NCBI RefSeq assembly: GCF_006345805.1 | Contig: NC_042997.1 | Location: 147,870,001 to 147,934,000, forward strand | Reading direction: 5' to 3' | Origin: Octopus sinensis | Lineage: Eukaryota | DNA: 64,000 bases | Part shown: in pieces, positions 1 through 13,525 of the stretch | Position numbering within the stretch: the stretch's first letter is position 1 | Layout: every line of letters starts with the position of its first letter | The notes under the pieces: model-generated | Told to the model about the DNA's origin: nothing | Databases searched by the model: none | Seen by the model: only the letters and a program-made list of their open reading frames with translations | Program-made: the position numbers and the translations under genes

Positions 1-1239
1 GCAGTCCATTCTGTACATAATAGGTGAATACATACATACATATATACACACGTACAAAATACATACACAGATATATATGTGCGTGTGTGTGTCTGTGTGT
101 GTGTATTAGTAATGATCTTTCTGTCATAATTAACTGGCAATGTTGAAAACCTCTGAGCAATAATTTGTTTTCACACTTTCGTAAATAAGTGCTTGTTGTT
201 AATTTTCCGATCTCCAGTCGTCGTTGTCTCTGTAACAGTTCATGTTATCCTTATTAAAGAATTAATAACTGAATTTATAGATACAAATGATCAGGGCAAA
301 TCTTTTCCCAGGTCAGTAACTTTTACTAGTGTTCTAAGGGTTTTGCTCATGACCTTTCTAGCCCACTTCCACCATAAGACTGGTGAGACCGATACAGTTG
401 ATGTTTTACGAATTTATTGTTAGCATGGCTCATTGTTTTCATCTGTGGATAATCCATCCACGCTCACTATCAGCAAACAAATATACAATAATAAATCAGT
501 GTGTGACCATCAATTGCTATTTGTTTGTGCCACTGAATTGCTGCATATAAAAGCAAGTGAGGAAATAAAACGACTTGAACAATAACCAATGACTGAGATT
601 TGGTGCATGTGCGTGACTAGCATATCAGAAATCCTTTCTTTCACTGAACACACTTGGTATCCTTGAAGTGACCCAAGTTAAGTTGACAATTATATCTTTC
701 ATTATAGAGTAGAGTATTTGTTGAAAAGCGCTCAGCCATTACATTAAAAAAAAAAATGAAACTGAAATTTTGGAGAAAATATAGAAAAAAATCATAATTC
801 ATGTAATTGAAATAAAAGGTATTGGATCTTTTCCCTATTTTCAAATACACTCGTTTATTCATACAAACGTAACTGAGATGAAATATGTGATGAATAAAAG
901 TGACAAACGAAATATACACCGCCGATAGTTGTTGACAAACAAAGGCAATAATTTTATTCACCTGAATACATGTCATTGATTGGTTGAAATTACCGAAATA
1001 CGACAACTCTAACACGAAATAACTTTGAAACTAGAAACTTTTCTCAACAATACCAAGAGTAAAAGATGTTTTATATGACACATTCTACCAGTGTCCGAAG
1101 TTTGAAAGTGTTTAGTTACAAACAATTAATTTCTCGATCTGCCGTTCATAGGGAAAAGATCCCAGGTATTTGTTGATCCATAGAACTACAAAAAATTGCA
1201 AACAGGGGAGAATCGATGAAATATCATTTCTACTATAGG

Positions 1240-1366
1240 CACAAGCTATCTATTTCATCGACCCCGAAAGGATGAAAAGTAAAATCGATTGCGGTGGAAT
1301 TTGAATTCAGTTCGTAAAGAAGGACGAAAGGCAGCTAAGCATTTCGTCCGGCGTACTAACGATTCT
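1240..1366 (-). mobile_element. tRNA-derived SINE family A, partial copy
   Basis: Reverse complement of the body seen in other copies (GTTCTGAGTTCAAATTCCGCCGAGGTCGACTTTGCCTTTCATCCTTTCGGGGTCGATAAA), diverged. Confidence 0.75.
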
Positions 1367-1789
1367 TATATTATTCACTCTTATAGAAATTAAGTTTTAT
1401 TTGCACGCTTACTCGCAACATATGTTACGAGAATATTATATTCAGTACATAGTGTACATGCAGGATTACATTTAATAAGGAGTTGAATGCTTGTATATAA
1501 CTGCAAGGTATGAGAAGATTTTTCTAATTGAGTTTTAGTATAGTACGACAGGGCAGATAACGTCTATTCTTCACATATTATTACCGTTCAATTATGACGT
1601 TACGGAGATTCTAATTATGTAAGAAATACCATATTCCTAAGTCCTTATTTTGGAAACTTAAGTGGTTATATTCATTTATCTATGATATGCATATACATAC
1701 ACACCCACACACATACATGCAAAAGGCTGTATAGATATATGTATGTATAACTGTATGCATGTATCTCTGTCTGTCTCTGGGTACGCAAG

Positions 1790-1836
1790 TGTGTGCGTGT
1801 GTGTGTGTATATTGTGTGCATGTGTGTGTATATTGT

Positions 1837-1885
<49 letters not shown>

Positions 1886-1896
1886 TGTGTGTGTGT
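1790..1896. repeat. (TG)n microsatellite
   Basis: Direct reading. Confidence 0.95.
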
Positions 1897-2164
1897 CTCA
1901 GTAAGGTTGCCGATTAGCAGAGTCGGTAAGGAGATGGATAGAATGCGTTACAAGCTTCCTACGTATTCCGCACTCTCCTTCCCACACCTTTTGCAAGCTG
2001 ATTCAGATATTACTCCGGTTAACTTTCCACCCTTCTGGCGACGATAAATAAATTAAATCTTGTCACATAGAGGATGCTCCGCATGTGTCGGCCGCGTATC
2101 TGCTGAAAATTATTTGAACCTCTCAAATATTTAGCGACAACTAATATATGTATAAGTTATGCGG

Positions 2165-2342
2165 GAAGAAATACTGAGCACCATTTCGTCCGTCCTTACG
2201 TTCTGAGTTCAAATTCTGCCGAGGTCGACTTTGCCTGTCATCATTTCGGGGTCGAGGAAATAGGTACCAGTTATACACTGAGGTTGAGGTAATCAACTTA
2301 GTTCCTTCCCCGAAATTACCCTGTGCAAAATTTGAAGTTATT
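2165..2342 (+). mobile_element. SINE family A monomer
   Basis: GTTCTGAGTTCAAATTCTGCCGAGGTCGACTTTGCC...GGGGTCGA...GTACCAGTT, box-B-like GAGTTCAAATTC, plus the terminal tail. Confidence 0.85.
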
Positions 2343-2452
2343 TTATACAACGATGAATGAAACGTATGCTTCAATGATGAATGAAGCATAGAAATTTCAA
2401 GGATTCCCTTAAATACTGAAAATCCCATATAATTATATGTAAGTACATATGC

Positions 2453-2800
2453 ATGACACTCCATCGGTTACGACGACGAGGGTTCCAGTTTATCCGATCA
2501 ACAGAACAGTCTGTTCGTGAGATTAACGTGCAAGTGGCTGAGCAATCTACAGACACGTGTACCCTTAACATATTTCTCGGGGAGATTCAGAGTGATACAG
2601 AGTGGCCCTTTGAAATACAGGTACAACGGAAACAGAGTGAGAGAAGGTTGTGGTGAAAGAGTACAGCAGGGTTCACCACCACCCGCTGCAGTGGAGCTTT
2701 AGGTGTTTTCGCTCAATAAGCACTCGTAACGCCCGGTCTGGGAATCGGAACCGCGATCCTACGACCGCGGGTCCGCTGCCCTACCCGACTGGGTCATTGC
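2453..2800 (-). mobile_element. tRNA-derived SINE family B (tail type 1)
   Basis: Minus strand starts GCAATGACCCAGTCGGGTAGGGCAGCGGAC...GGTTCCGATTCCCAGACC (box A/B-like). Head and body are shared with the copy at 18052-18340. Confidence 0.8.
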
Positions 2801-2808
2801 AATTCTAT

Positions 2809-2868
<60 letters not shown>

Positions 2869-2959
2869 CCATTCAATTTGTATACATATATATATATGCA
2901 TACATACATATACATATATTTCTTTTATTTCTTTTGTATATTTGAACTCAAAGTCTGTG

Positions 2960-3592
2960 GCCATGGGTGAGCACGGTCAATGCAATTATCTTTTCTTTGG
3001 CCACTTTTCTCGGATTTGCTTTTGGTGAAACAGGAAGTTTATTGAGTTTACTGCCGTGCTATAGGTTTATCAGAGACCTTTGACAACAGGAGATCAAGTT
3101 GTTTTTTGAAAACAGCTACTCGTATTCCACGAATAGGCCTCAGATATTTAGGCAAAGTATTAAATAGCTGTGAGCCCTTGAATCCCAAGCTATTGCAGTG
3201 TATGTTCCTCACTCAAGACGGAACAGCCGGGATTTTGGAGCAGTACAATGACGTCCAGTTCGAGTATTACTATTGCTCTTGATGCCAAAGTCTGGTGCTA
3301 ACCCCTCCAGGATCCTACGTACGTTCACCACTGCACACCTCTCCCGTTTTCGCTTTAGGGAGTAGAGTCGGAGCTCTTTTAGTAGTTAAGCTGTTTCATC
3401 AATGCAATCTTCCAAATGTACCACAGCTAAACTACCTGAAGTTCCACTATTAATCTAACACTGTCGGTTGAGCAGAGTTGATAGCAGTAGTCGAGACAGC
3501 TCAGTACAAATGTCTTCCATAGAATCAGCGTAGTTTGCTGGTTCTTGGAAGTTTATTGGAATCCATCCGGCCATTTACTTGCACATTGCCAT
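2960..3592 (-). mobile_element. CR1/L2-group LINE, decayed 3' end of ORF2
   Basis: Minus-strand peptides ILWKTFVLSCLDYCYQL, KELRLYSLKRKRER, SLGFKGSQLFNTLPKYLR, FKKQLDLLLSKVSDKP, with stops and frameshifts. Confidence 0.8.
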
Positions 3593-3593
3593 A

Positions 3594-3630
<37 letters not shown>

Positions 3631-4186
3631 ATATATTGCGTGAAGACGTGTACATAAATACCTATACATATATACATATGCACACTTAAATAAATACACA
3701 CACACATACACACGTCATTGAAGATATTTTCCCTCGGACGAAAATCCACCAAATCACGCCTCACAGCAGTGTATATGGATTAGGTATGATACATAGATAA
3801 CTATACATAGGTACTCATGTACACCGTATTTTTATTGTGCCCGTCTAAATGTATCTGATGCACTCGCGGGCCACTGAGCAGGCAGCTTTTGTCTCACTCT
3901 AATATATATTGTCTTTTTAATACAGTATGTCTTTGAAGAGTTTTCGTCTCACACGAAAATCCTCCTCATCATGTTTCCAAATAACGTACATAGGTTTAGT
4001 ATGATCCATAAACTGTTAGTTTAAACTGTTATTTCATTTGCATACATCTACATACAGAAATGCACACATACACGCAAACAAACACCACACATGTATAATT
4101 GTGGATATGTATATGTAACTATATAAGTAATAGATATATAAATAATAGATATGTTTATTCATTTATACATACATATACAAGTATAG

Positions 4187-4239
<53 letters not shown>

Positions 4240-5160
4240 TGTATGTGTATATTTTGTAAAAATACAAGAAACAACGAATGTCAATCCGCCTCCATTTATG
4301 TATAGCGCCGCCCCGCCTAGTTGAATTAGGAAGGCGTTGCCTGCGGGACTCCCTATTTATATCCTCAGAAAAAAAAATTAGGTTCAGTAGACCTTGTATA
4401 AAAATAACATACCAAGCCAACACATAAACGCCCCACCCACACACACATACACATACATGCACACATGCGCGCACGCATTACTAATATGTATGCGTACTGT
4501 ATATATGTGACAGTGGTGGGGACCAATTTTATTCATACCTACCTCATTAATAAGCTGATATAAAAAAAACCCAGTAAATATATAATTCTACGTATCAACA
4601 ATAAACATAAATAAATATGACAAATTACCAATTGATATTTCAATGATGTAGACATATCTGTTATAATTGGAAATTAGTGATAACAAATTGCAAAATAAAA
4701 CCAATATGATAGTGTGAAGGGTGAAATCGAAAGTGACAGATGATAGCCAACATATTGTTTTAAATTGGAGTGACTTAGACGTACACCATTCTAGGGTCGA
4801 CGTAATATAGCTCGATGAATTACTGGAATCAATATAAGTTCTTAGATAAATTGGCCATGTGTTTAGGCGGAATAAATAATTGTAAATACATCAGGGACTT
4901 GAACTTTCGTCGACACAACTGAATATTTAGTATGTAATAACCAGCTTGATATCTACAATGTCCCTTTGCTCCTTTTCCCTGCAGAGTCGCAAGAAATTAT
5001 CATTTTTATTTGTTAATTCTTGTAGGAATGACAGGTTCGAGAATAAGCTGCATTAGATGATTTAATGAAATTATATGACTGCTTTTTTCATTCCGATTTC
5101 GAATCTCACGGTGGTTGACTTTGAGATTTGTTTCCCCGAGAAGACAATTATCGTACTTGA

Positions 5161-5541
5161 AAAGGTGGCGAGCTGGCAGACTCGTTAGCACGCAGGACGA
5201 AATGCTTTGCGGTATTTCGTCTGCAGCTACGCTCTGAGTTCAAATTCCGCCGAGGTCGACTTTGCTTTTCATCCTTTCGGGGTCGATTAAATAAGCACCA
5301 GTTACGACTTAATCTGTTTGTCTGTCCTTGTTTGTCCTCTCTGTGTTTAGCTCCTTGTGGGTAGTAAAGAAATAGGCATTTTGTCTGTCTTTATTTCTGA
5401 GTTCAAATTCCGCCAAGGTCGACTTTGTCTTTCATCCTTCCGGGGCCGATAAATTAAGTACCAGTTGCGTACTGGGGTCGATCTAATTGACTGGCCCCAT
5501 CCCCCAAAATTTCGGGCCTTGTACTTACAGTAGAGAAGAAT
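5161..5541 (+). mobile_element. SINE family A dimer (head + two bodies)
   Basis: Head AAGGTGGCGAGCTGGCAGA. First body ends ...GTAAAGAAATAG at 5375. Second body ends with a different terminal tail. Confidence 0.9.
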
Positions 5542-6159
5542 TATAGTATTTGATAGCATATAAGACACACTTTATTTAGAAAAAAAAATGTCTCAAGAAA
5601 TCACCACGAACCCAACATCGAAGGTGGGTGTATATTACATGCTTAAATGCACCAAAAACATTTTGCTGAATCAGCACGGCTAAAATTGGGTTGCAATTAT
5701 TATGTAGTTTGCTTCTTTTATGCCATCAAATTTGATAGTTCCACATTACTGCACTCGAGTACGGAATAAATTCCACACAAACTCAGCAAAATAGTTGTTA
5801 CTTCTCAGCCTGCTCCGATGAAAATACTTCTTTATATCACTCATCGAAAACTAATAGATCAGATTCGATCTAGCCTTGAAATCACCTCAGTTACACTAGT
5901 AATTGTCTTGAAATTGGTTAAAAGCACCCCAAATTTCTGTTTAAAATACTTCGATCAAATGACGGAGACATTGATGCACGGAAATAACTCCTTCAGTTTG
6001 AGGCATATTTCTACCTGGCGAGTACGTTTGAATGGAAATCGACTTTGCATTTTATCGCTTCGAGATCGATAAAATAAATACCAGTAATATACACGCTAAC
6101 AAAGGAGCTTCTAGGTAATCCTTTGATTTGCAGTTAAATATCCCTCGAAGATTAACATC

Positions 6160-6356
6160 TTTTATCTCTATCTTTTCACTTGTTTTATTCAGTGAAGAAT
6201 TTTAGTTGAAAAATTTGAACCCGGTACTTGTTTTTAAGTCTCATATTCATCTATCGATCTGTTTTGCAGAACCACCAAGTTATGGATACACAAAAAAAAA
6301 TAACACTGGTTGTAACGTGATATAATGAAAGAGCATAGGCACAAAGATACACACAA

Positions 6357-6421
<65 letters not shown>

Positions 6422-6439
6422 TGTATGTATGTATGTATG

Positions 6440-6489
<50 letters not shown>

Positions 6490-6677
6490 CATATATACAT
6501 ATTGATAGATATGACGAGCTTCCATAATGTTTCTGTCTATTAACTGAACTCATAAATCATTGGCTGGCCCAGGGCTACAATAGAAGATACTTGGCCAATT
6601 TGTCACGCATTGAGACTAAACCTGTAACCATGCGGTTGCAAAGCAAGCTTCTTAACCACACATTCATGTCCGTGCCC
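6160..6677 (-). mobile_element. SINE family C with internal (TA)/(TG) microsatellite
   Basis: Minus-strand head TGTGTGGTTAAGAAGCTTGCTTTGCAACCGCATGGTTACAGGTTTAGTC, then a microsatellite at 6350-6505, then a recognisable second half. The head matches copies at 28069 and 29570. Confidence 0.7.
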
Positions 6678-7091
6678 GTTCATCGTAAAAAGAGTGGATA
6701 TGTTACATAATATAGTCCTACATACTCTTCAAAAACGGAATGGTCGCGGTTGAAATACCTTTCCTGATAGATCTGTTTGATTGAGGTCGATATGAGTCTA
6801 AACACTAAAAACACCCAACAATATGAATGATCAATACAATCGACTGTTCCCATTCACTCTCAAATATCGTTCCTGTCCCTAATCATAAGAAATCAATAAT
6901 TAAATGCAATATAATTATTTGATGCTAGGTGCTGTAAATTATAATTAACCTCCTGGTACTTAATTACGATTGCACGTAAAATGGAATTGACTTTCGTAAG
7001 GTCACTTTTGAACGGTATAACCCTCATATCTAATTTTCCGTTAGTAAAAATTTGGTATTTTGTCTGAAACCGTGTTATATTAGTGTGCAAT

Positions 7092-7310
7092 TATTGGCAT
7101 AATCGTTTGATCGTTGGACAATATACTTAGCGGTATTTGTTTCTGGTTCTATACGTTTTCCATTTCAAATTACACCGTGGCCCACCTTCGCCTTTCATTC
7201 CACCAAGGTCGATGCAGTAAAGTACCAATTAAATACTGGGGTCAATAGTATTGAGTATACTCTCCTCTTAAAATTGCTCGCCTTTTTCCTGTCTAATTTA
7301 GAAGAAATTA
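7092..7310 (+). mobile_element. SINE family A, old diverged copy
   Basis: CTTAGCGGTATTT...TTCAAATT...GCCTTTCATTCC...GGTCGATG...AGTACCA...ACTGGGGTC. Confidence 0.65.
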
Positions 7311-9267
7311 TGTTCGTTTGTCTGACAGTTTTAGTACAATAGACTAGAATTTATTTACAATTTATGTAATTTGAATCAATTGAAAGGCAAATATCTACGA
7401 GAATAAGTCGTAAATCTTTTAGAGGCACTAGCTGAGCTTTGGAACAGAACCAAACAAATCACAGTCAGTGTTGTCACAGTGTACTACAACAGCTTATATA
7501 AGCATTGATTTATGGTTTAATCAGAGAAGGAAAGACAGCACCCATTACATGTTTTTGTAGAACCTCAAAAATATGAGGGAGATGAAAGGTAGAAATAGCG
7601 TCTAACGTGTGGCTATGTTATGAAGAAATATAAAGTCATATCAGACAGAGGACAAACTAGACGACAGGTTAGATTTAAAACTTTAAAATAATATACTACA
7701 GTAGATTTTTCAGTTTCTATTCAGAGAGTTTTTATTCCCTCGGCTTGGGCGATCTGAAATCATGTTAGGCTATAGATCGACAAGTAAGATCGAGTTAGGA
7801 TCTATGTGGGTAAAAATATTTGGGATATTGTTAACGTTATGTTACGTTATGTTATGTTCAATAATGTAAATCATTGAACCGTATCTCCGTTAATTTTTTA
7901 ATCAATAAATGTACTTGTTTACACAAAAATTTCGCTCTTTGTTCACACAATAAAAGTGCGTACTACAACAGCCCCTGTAGTGATTAAAAGACTTTATGCA
8001 AAGCGAACAATTTATATCTTCATAAAAATCATCGTCAATATCAGAAGAGGAATAATTTTAGCCTACATTAATAACCATTGTACGATTACCGTCGGGAAGG
8101 CATGGAAATAATCCCTTTCTGTATAACACAGAGTAGAAATTGTACCTGATGTCTCCCTTTGCAACAAACTTTTTCCGCCACTGCACAGTCCAGGAGGAAT
8201 CTGTAGGATATTTCTGCTGGAACCAACGACAGACCCTTCCTAGTTTGTTATCAATAGAACAAATTCCTACAATCATTTTAACGGTAACAACTACTTTCAT
8301 ACTCTGCGGGCTTTTAACTTCAAATATTGTCATGCCGTGTTTTACTCAAAACTAAATTTTTCGAACTTTCTTTGTCAATAGGTATGTCTTCTGACTTTTG
8401 CAAACTCTTAACAGAATGTTTCATATTTGAATATTAACTGGTTGGCCTTAATAACTACTGTCCCAATTCTATATCTTCCAGCATTATAAAAAAATGATGA
8501 AGAAAATCATAAAACAACCACTCTCTTTTGTCTCATTCATCTTTTCTGTCTCCAATTTACTAATCGCCATTATTCAAAACCGGAGACACCGGTATCAAAT
8601 TGCAGACTTTTAAGACTATATAATACAGAATATATCCATAAAATGCCACACGTCTTCTAGGCATTATTTCATTCACCACCCATCCACGAACTACGTTATC
8701 CCATTAGAAAAAGACATTCGTCCTATCAAGAATAAGGTGCTAACCTTAACCTAAACAAACTTAATGAACTTCCTTCAACACTACTGCATATTTCTGACAA
8801 TAATAAATTTATCAAAAATTATTCAATGCAGTCTTCAGGGATCTATTGTCATGAACAATGAAAAGTGTCCCTATGCTAGAAATGGCAGGAAAATCATGTT
8901 AAAGAAAGTAAAGACGCCTGGAATAATATTGTCAAAGAAATCTGTTCGAAAAAATAAATAAATAAAGATTGTAGGAGAGCAAATTTACAAACGTTGAGAT
9001 GCAGAAGTTAAATCTGAACATCGGCCTTACTATTCTTATATTATTCTCTGCAAGAGCTACAAAGAATGTCGACTCTTTCTTTGTAGGACAACGTTTCGAT
9101 CCATTCACTCATGTATAGATAAATATGCGCATGTAAGCATATGCATAAGTGGATACTTGTATTAAGTATCTACTTATATGTCAATTCATTTGCACATATT
9201 TTCTATTTCCTTTTGCGCAGATCTCAAATGCATGTATCTGTGCTTGCACACACATAAACACATATTC

Positions 9268-9396
<129 letters not shown>

Positions 9397-10305
9397 CACT
9401 TAAACAATAATTTAATTTTCCATAAAATTCCGCATTTTCTCTTTTCTATCAGTTGCTTAAAATTGAATATTTATATACATTTGTCTTCCCCGCTTTCCTG
9501 AAAGTGTTTTCTGTAAACGCTACATTAATGTAAGGCGTTTATTTTTATAGACAAGTGACAAAAAAAAAACAAAAACGAAAAAAGCGCATACACATACATA
9601 CGTATACACAGACTACCTACATATTCGCGCATGCTCTTAATACATACACTCATAGCTCATCTACATAACATACAACACAAAATGTTGGAAATTTAATAAA
9701 TGTTCTAAAGAAATCTAGTTATTGCACCCTTCATCTAAATTGTTTGCCTGATTTTTCTGTTGAATTTTATCTATCAAGATTCGCTTCTATCTTTATAATT
9801 TCTCTTTGCCATTTATTGATTATATGTTTCACTGGTAATCACTACTTGATGGGAATGATGCAGCCCGGAGGATGCTGAAGGAAAGTGCATATTTTTATAT
9901 GTAGTTGTTCCAAATTGATTGATATTTTATATTATTATTACATATTGCTTGTTGAAAATGCTTTCTTTCCATTAAGAGAACAATAAATTGAAGCCATTGT
10001 TATTGTTGATAATTTTCTCATGTTTTCATGCTATTATAGCCGTATGGTTTTTCTTTGAAAACATTGTTATTACTATTAATATTATGTTTTGTTTTACTGC
10101 CCTTTTTTTTCTTCTGTGGTTCATCACGATGGGAAAAAATATTGTCATTACTGCTGTCGATAGTGATGTTCTTCTTTATGTTGCTCTAGGAATGTTTTGT
10201 TTATTTCACTTGTTCATGTTCTTATAGCTGTGTTAGACTTATGTTCTTTCCATCTCGCGTTTATTTGAAAATCGTTTCATTTAATTTTCATCGACACTCA
10301 TTAAT

Positions 10306-10390
<85 letters not shown>

Positions 10391-10455
10391 GCTACTACTA
10401 CTACTACTACTACTATTACTACTGATAATAATAATGATAGTATTAATAATAATAG
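10306..10455. repeat. (CTA)n then (AAT)n microsatellite
   Basis: Direct reading. It explains the poly-Thr ORF 10241-10522. Confidence 0.95.
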
Positions 10456-11559
10456 CAATTGTAAAACTAGTAAGTTATTGTTATTATTACTAGCATTACT
10501 ATTATATCGACATTATCTTTAATACAAATAATATTACTAATGGCTCCTAAATGTGGACATAAAGGTACAAAATTCGGTGACTGAGAAAGATCAATTAAAT
10601 CGATACCAATATTTTAATGACAATTTTTATCGGCTAGGGAAGACCGAAAATTAAAATAAAGGCATGGCAAAGTACTGTAAACTATTTTACTCAGCAGTCC
10701 ATTTGTTCTTATCTTCAGCACTTCGTAAAAAACATAGATTGTAAGAAATGTTGCCGATCCGTTCTGTACGTGATAATCAATATTTAGGGATGATTTTAAA
10801 ACTCAAAATCCATCAACAAAGATGATGGTGGAGATTTTCGTCATACAGACTGCATTTCGGAACAATACGTCTCATAGCACTGCTGCTCTTGTAGAACTTA
10901 CGCGTAGACAGTAATGTACTCCAAAACACGGCTAAAGCGGGGATAAGTTGGAATTTATCCACAGTATCCGACTTGGTAATCCTCCGAGAATGTCTGTTCA
11001 GCACGAGTTAATACATTGAGTATTTCCATGTCGTATGTCCTCACCAAGGCATAAAATATTTCTATGTTTATATTTTTTTCTCATCAACGTTTAGGGTACT
11101 TCATGTTTTATGTCTCCCACCAATTATAGATAAAATATACAAGGCGACTTTTCAGGAGTTCAGTTGATGGTTATGAACTATTGACATTACACGAGGGGCC
11201 AGGATGTCAAACTGTGTCACATCTTGGATCAAGTTAAACAGATGAGCTGTGGGAATGCGTATCCAACCAAACTTGTTCAGCATCTATGGATTTCTATAGA
11301 TATCATGTTGTAAGAGATGACAGGGCATTGAATCGATGGAACGAGCATTACAAACCTTGTAATATAATCAAATATAGCTGGAACAGGCAACTAATGCAGT
11401 TATTACCCGTCAATGTAACGAATATAAATATTATTTATCATTGAAAGGAATGTAAGTATGCCCTATCTTTTTTTCCGTCCATTTATGGGAACATAGCTTC
11501 CTTTCAGTTCATTACCGAGTGACATTGGCCAATCTGGTTGTCATCTCTTATTTTATCCG

Positions 11560-12290
11560 CCTTTAATCAGGTCTTAGCTCTAGTAACAAATGTTTGACAC
11601 AGTCATACTTTTGCAAATTCCTAGATATAAATCCACGAAATGCTCCTGCTAAATCTGTGCTCTCATTATCACCTCATATTCTGAAAACGAGACACAGATC
11701 AGCTTGATTTTGGAGATGTCAGATGCCATGTTAATGACGCTGTCAATGGGTTCAATTACCACCCTTCCTTTTTCCAGTTCCAGTACGATGTCCCGCTGCA
11801 CATTCAAATTTCATAGTGAGGTCTCAAGAGCAAAAGCAATCATCCACAAGAGTGGTTTAGCGTGAGGCTCGTAATGCCAAGCATTCTTTTCATGCGACTG
11901 ACACTGAATACTGAGTATGCACCGATCAAGCTTTTGAATCCATTAAAAATGAGTGTGCTCAACGTTCAAACAAATCTATTTTACACACATCTCTGTCAGA
12001 AGTGCAAAAGAAGAGCTGGGTGTTATGTATTTATCTTCCTGAAATAGTACAAGTTTATGCGCCTGAAAGACACTCAAAAGGACACACGCAAACGTCTTAG
12101 CTAGTAGCGTCGTGGAAATCCTATGGTCTGCATTTAAAGACCCAAAATTATACATTATATCCTTATAATCGACGTCTCCTTCCTTCTCAGATGCAAATTC
12201 TGTCTGGTTTTGGCTGTTGCCAGGAATGCTATATATGAACCAAGACAGGGGCGATAAAATTTGGCATATTCAGATATAGTTCGTAATCAG
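11560..12290 (+). mobile_element. Highly decayed Ty3/Gypsy pol (RT-RNase H) relic
   Basis: Collinear motif relics: RNAPA (cf. FGLxNAPA), DVRCHVND (cf. YVDD), DQAFESIKNE (RT-RH linker), HLKTQNYTLY (cf. YLxGxxFTLxTDH), RQGR*NLAYSDIVR (cf. RPGxxNxVADALSR). Confidence 0.45.
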
Positions 12291-13257
12291 AACACCTTCA
12301 TATCCGGATATCACCCACTCCAGCAATCGCCCAGCTCATCTTGAATGTCAACTACTTTTATTGCGTTTCGAAACTATTTATAATATTTCTGCTGAGAATT
12401 ATCGTGAATTATATCTTTCCACCTTTTCAATTTCATTCTTTCCGCCAAAACACTTTAGTAATGTCCTGCTATAACTTCCATTACAATACTTTAAAGTCTG
12501 AATGATGTCTGTACTTCTATGCTGCACCTCTGTTACCCACCCGCCCTGATCAAATGTACTGTAGTATTTTAAAATACCTGACATGCTACGAACAACGTTA
12601 ACTTCATGTTTAACATCAGCACTTTTAGACATGATGTAACTTTTAGAAGCGTCTTCAAATCTCTCTCTCATGTTAGTCAAGCTAGCATTTTATGGCACTT
12701 ATACTTTCTGAAACCGAACACTATACTGTATATTTCAACTCTAAGTTTAATTAATTTGTAATGATGTCTTCATTAATTAGGTCACTATTCAGTGTACAAC
12801 CGGCTTTATCTGTCAGAAAACAGTTATTATTGCTCATATCTCCACTTCAATACTAACTAGGGTAACATACGGGTAATTAAATTGTTAAATGTATGTTTAA
12901 ATCCCTGTAAATACGAACAAACCACATTTATATTCGTTTCAATCAACAGAAATCGGTTCAATAACAACCAGACAGTTGGACTAACTAATCAAGTAGCGAA
13001 TTTATATCTAGTGAATACAGCTACTAATATTTACTAACACCACACACACCAACTGTTTATTAAGACTAATAAATAGTGCATTCCAAGGAATAAAGAAAAT
13101 ATATAAAAATCACCAATTAAGGAACCAAGAAAAAAAGGATATGCAACAAAATAGGAGCAGACTAAAGAAGAACAACATGGTAGGACACATGTAACTGAAA
13201 TTAAAGAATCACTGAGAGTAGAGATACTTGCTAGATCCGAAAGAATTCGTTGTTATA

Positions 13258-13525
13258 TCTCTCTATATAAAGCTGAAGCTGTCTGTGTATGGCAGGTTTG
13301 GTATCCTTCAACTAACACTATCTCGTCCGAGAGCCTCGATGCAATGAAAATCATTATTTCTTAGAATTTTTTGACTGCTGTGTCGCCATTTTTCGGTGTA
13401 TTTCAACCAGAAAAATGTTCGCTTAAAGGGTATAACAAGCTATATAATGCAACATTTTTATTTTTCAAAAATTACGATTCTAAAGGGTCGAAACAAACCC
13501 GCGCAACGCCAGGCGATACTGCTAG
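13258..13525 (+). mobile_element. Non-autonomous Helitron (~268 bp)
   Basis: 5' A|TCTCTCTATATAAAG, 3' GC-rich imperfect subterminal hairpin CCCGCGCAACGCCAGG then CTAG|T. Inserted between A and T with no TSD. Confidence 0.85.

Noticed and set aside
660-1210. Possible DNA transposon or Helitron-type repeat
   Set aside because: Looks like a dispersed repeat, but no second copy or paired termini are visible in the window.
2725-2800. tRNA gene
   Set aside because: A tRNA-like SINE head continuous with the SINE body. No convincing cloverleaf.
3930-3980. Hairpin TTTTCGT/ACGAAAA with nearby TGATGA on the minus strand
   Set aside because: The GAAA box and cleavage site are missing, so it is too degenerate to call a ribozyme.
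8058-8333. Possible Ginger/KRBA2-like integrase relic (QQKY...LPDGN)
   Set aside because: Resemblance is too weak and needs several frameshifts. A profile search is required.
12399-12680. 93-aa ORF, possibly an RTE endonuclease relic
   Set aside because: Catalytic motifs are not recognisable, so neither a gene nor a LINE call is supportable.
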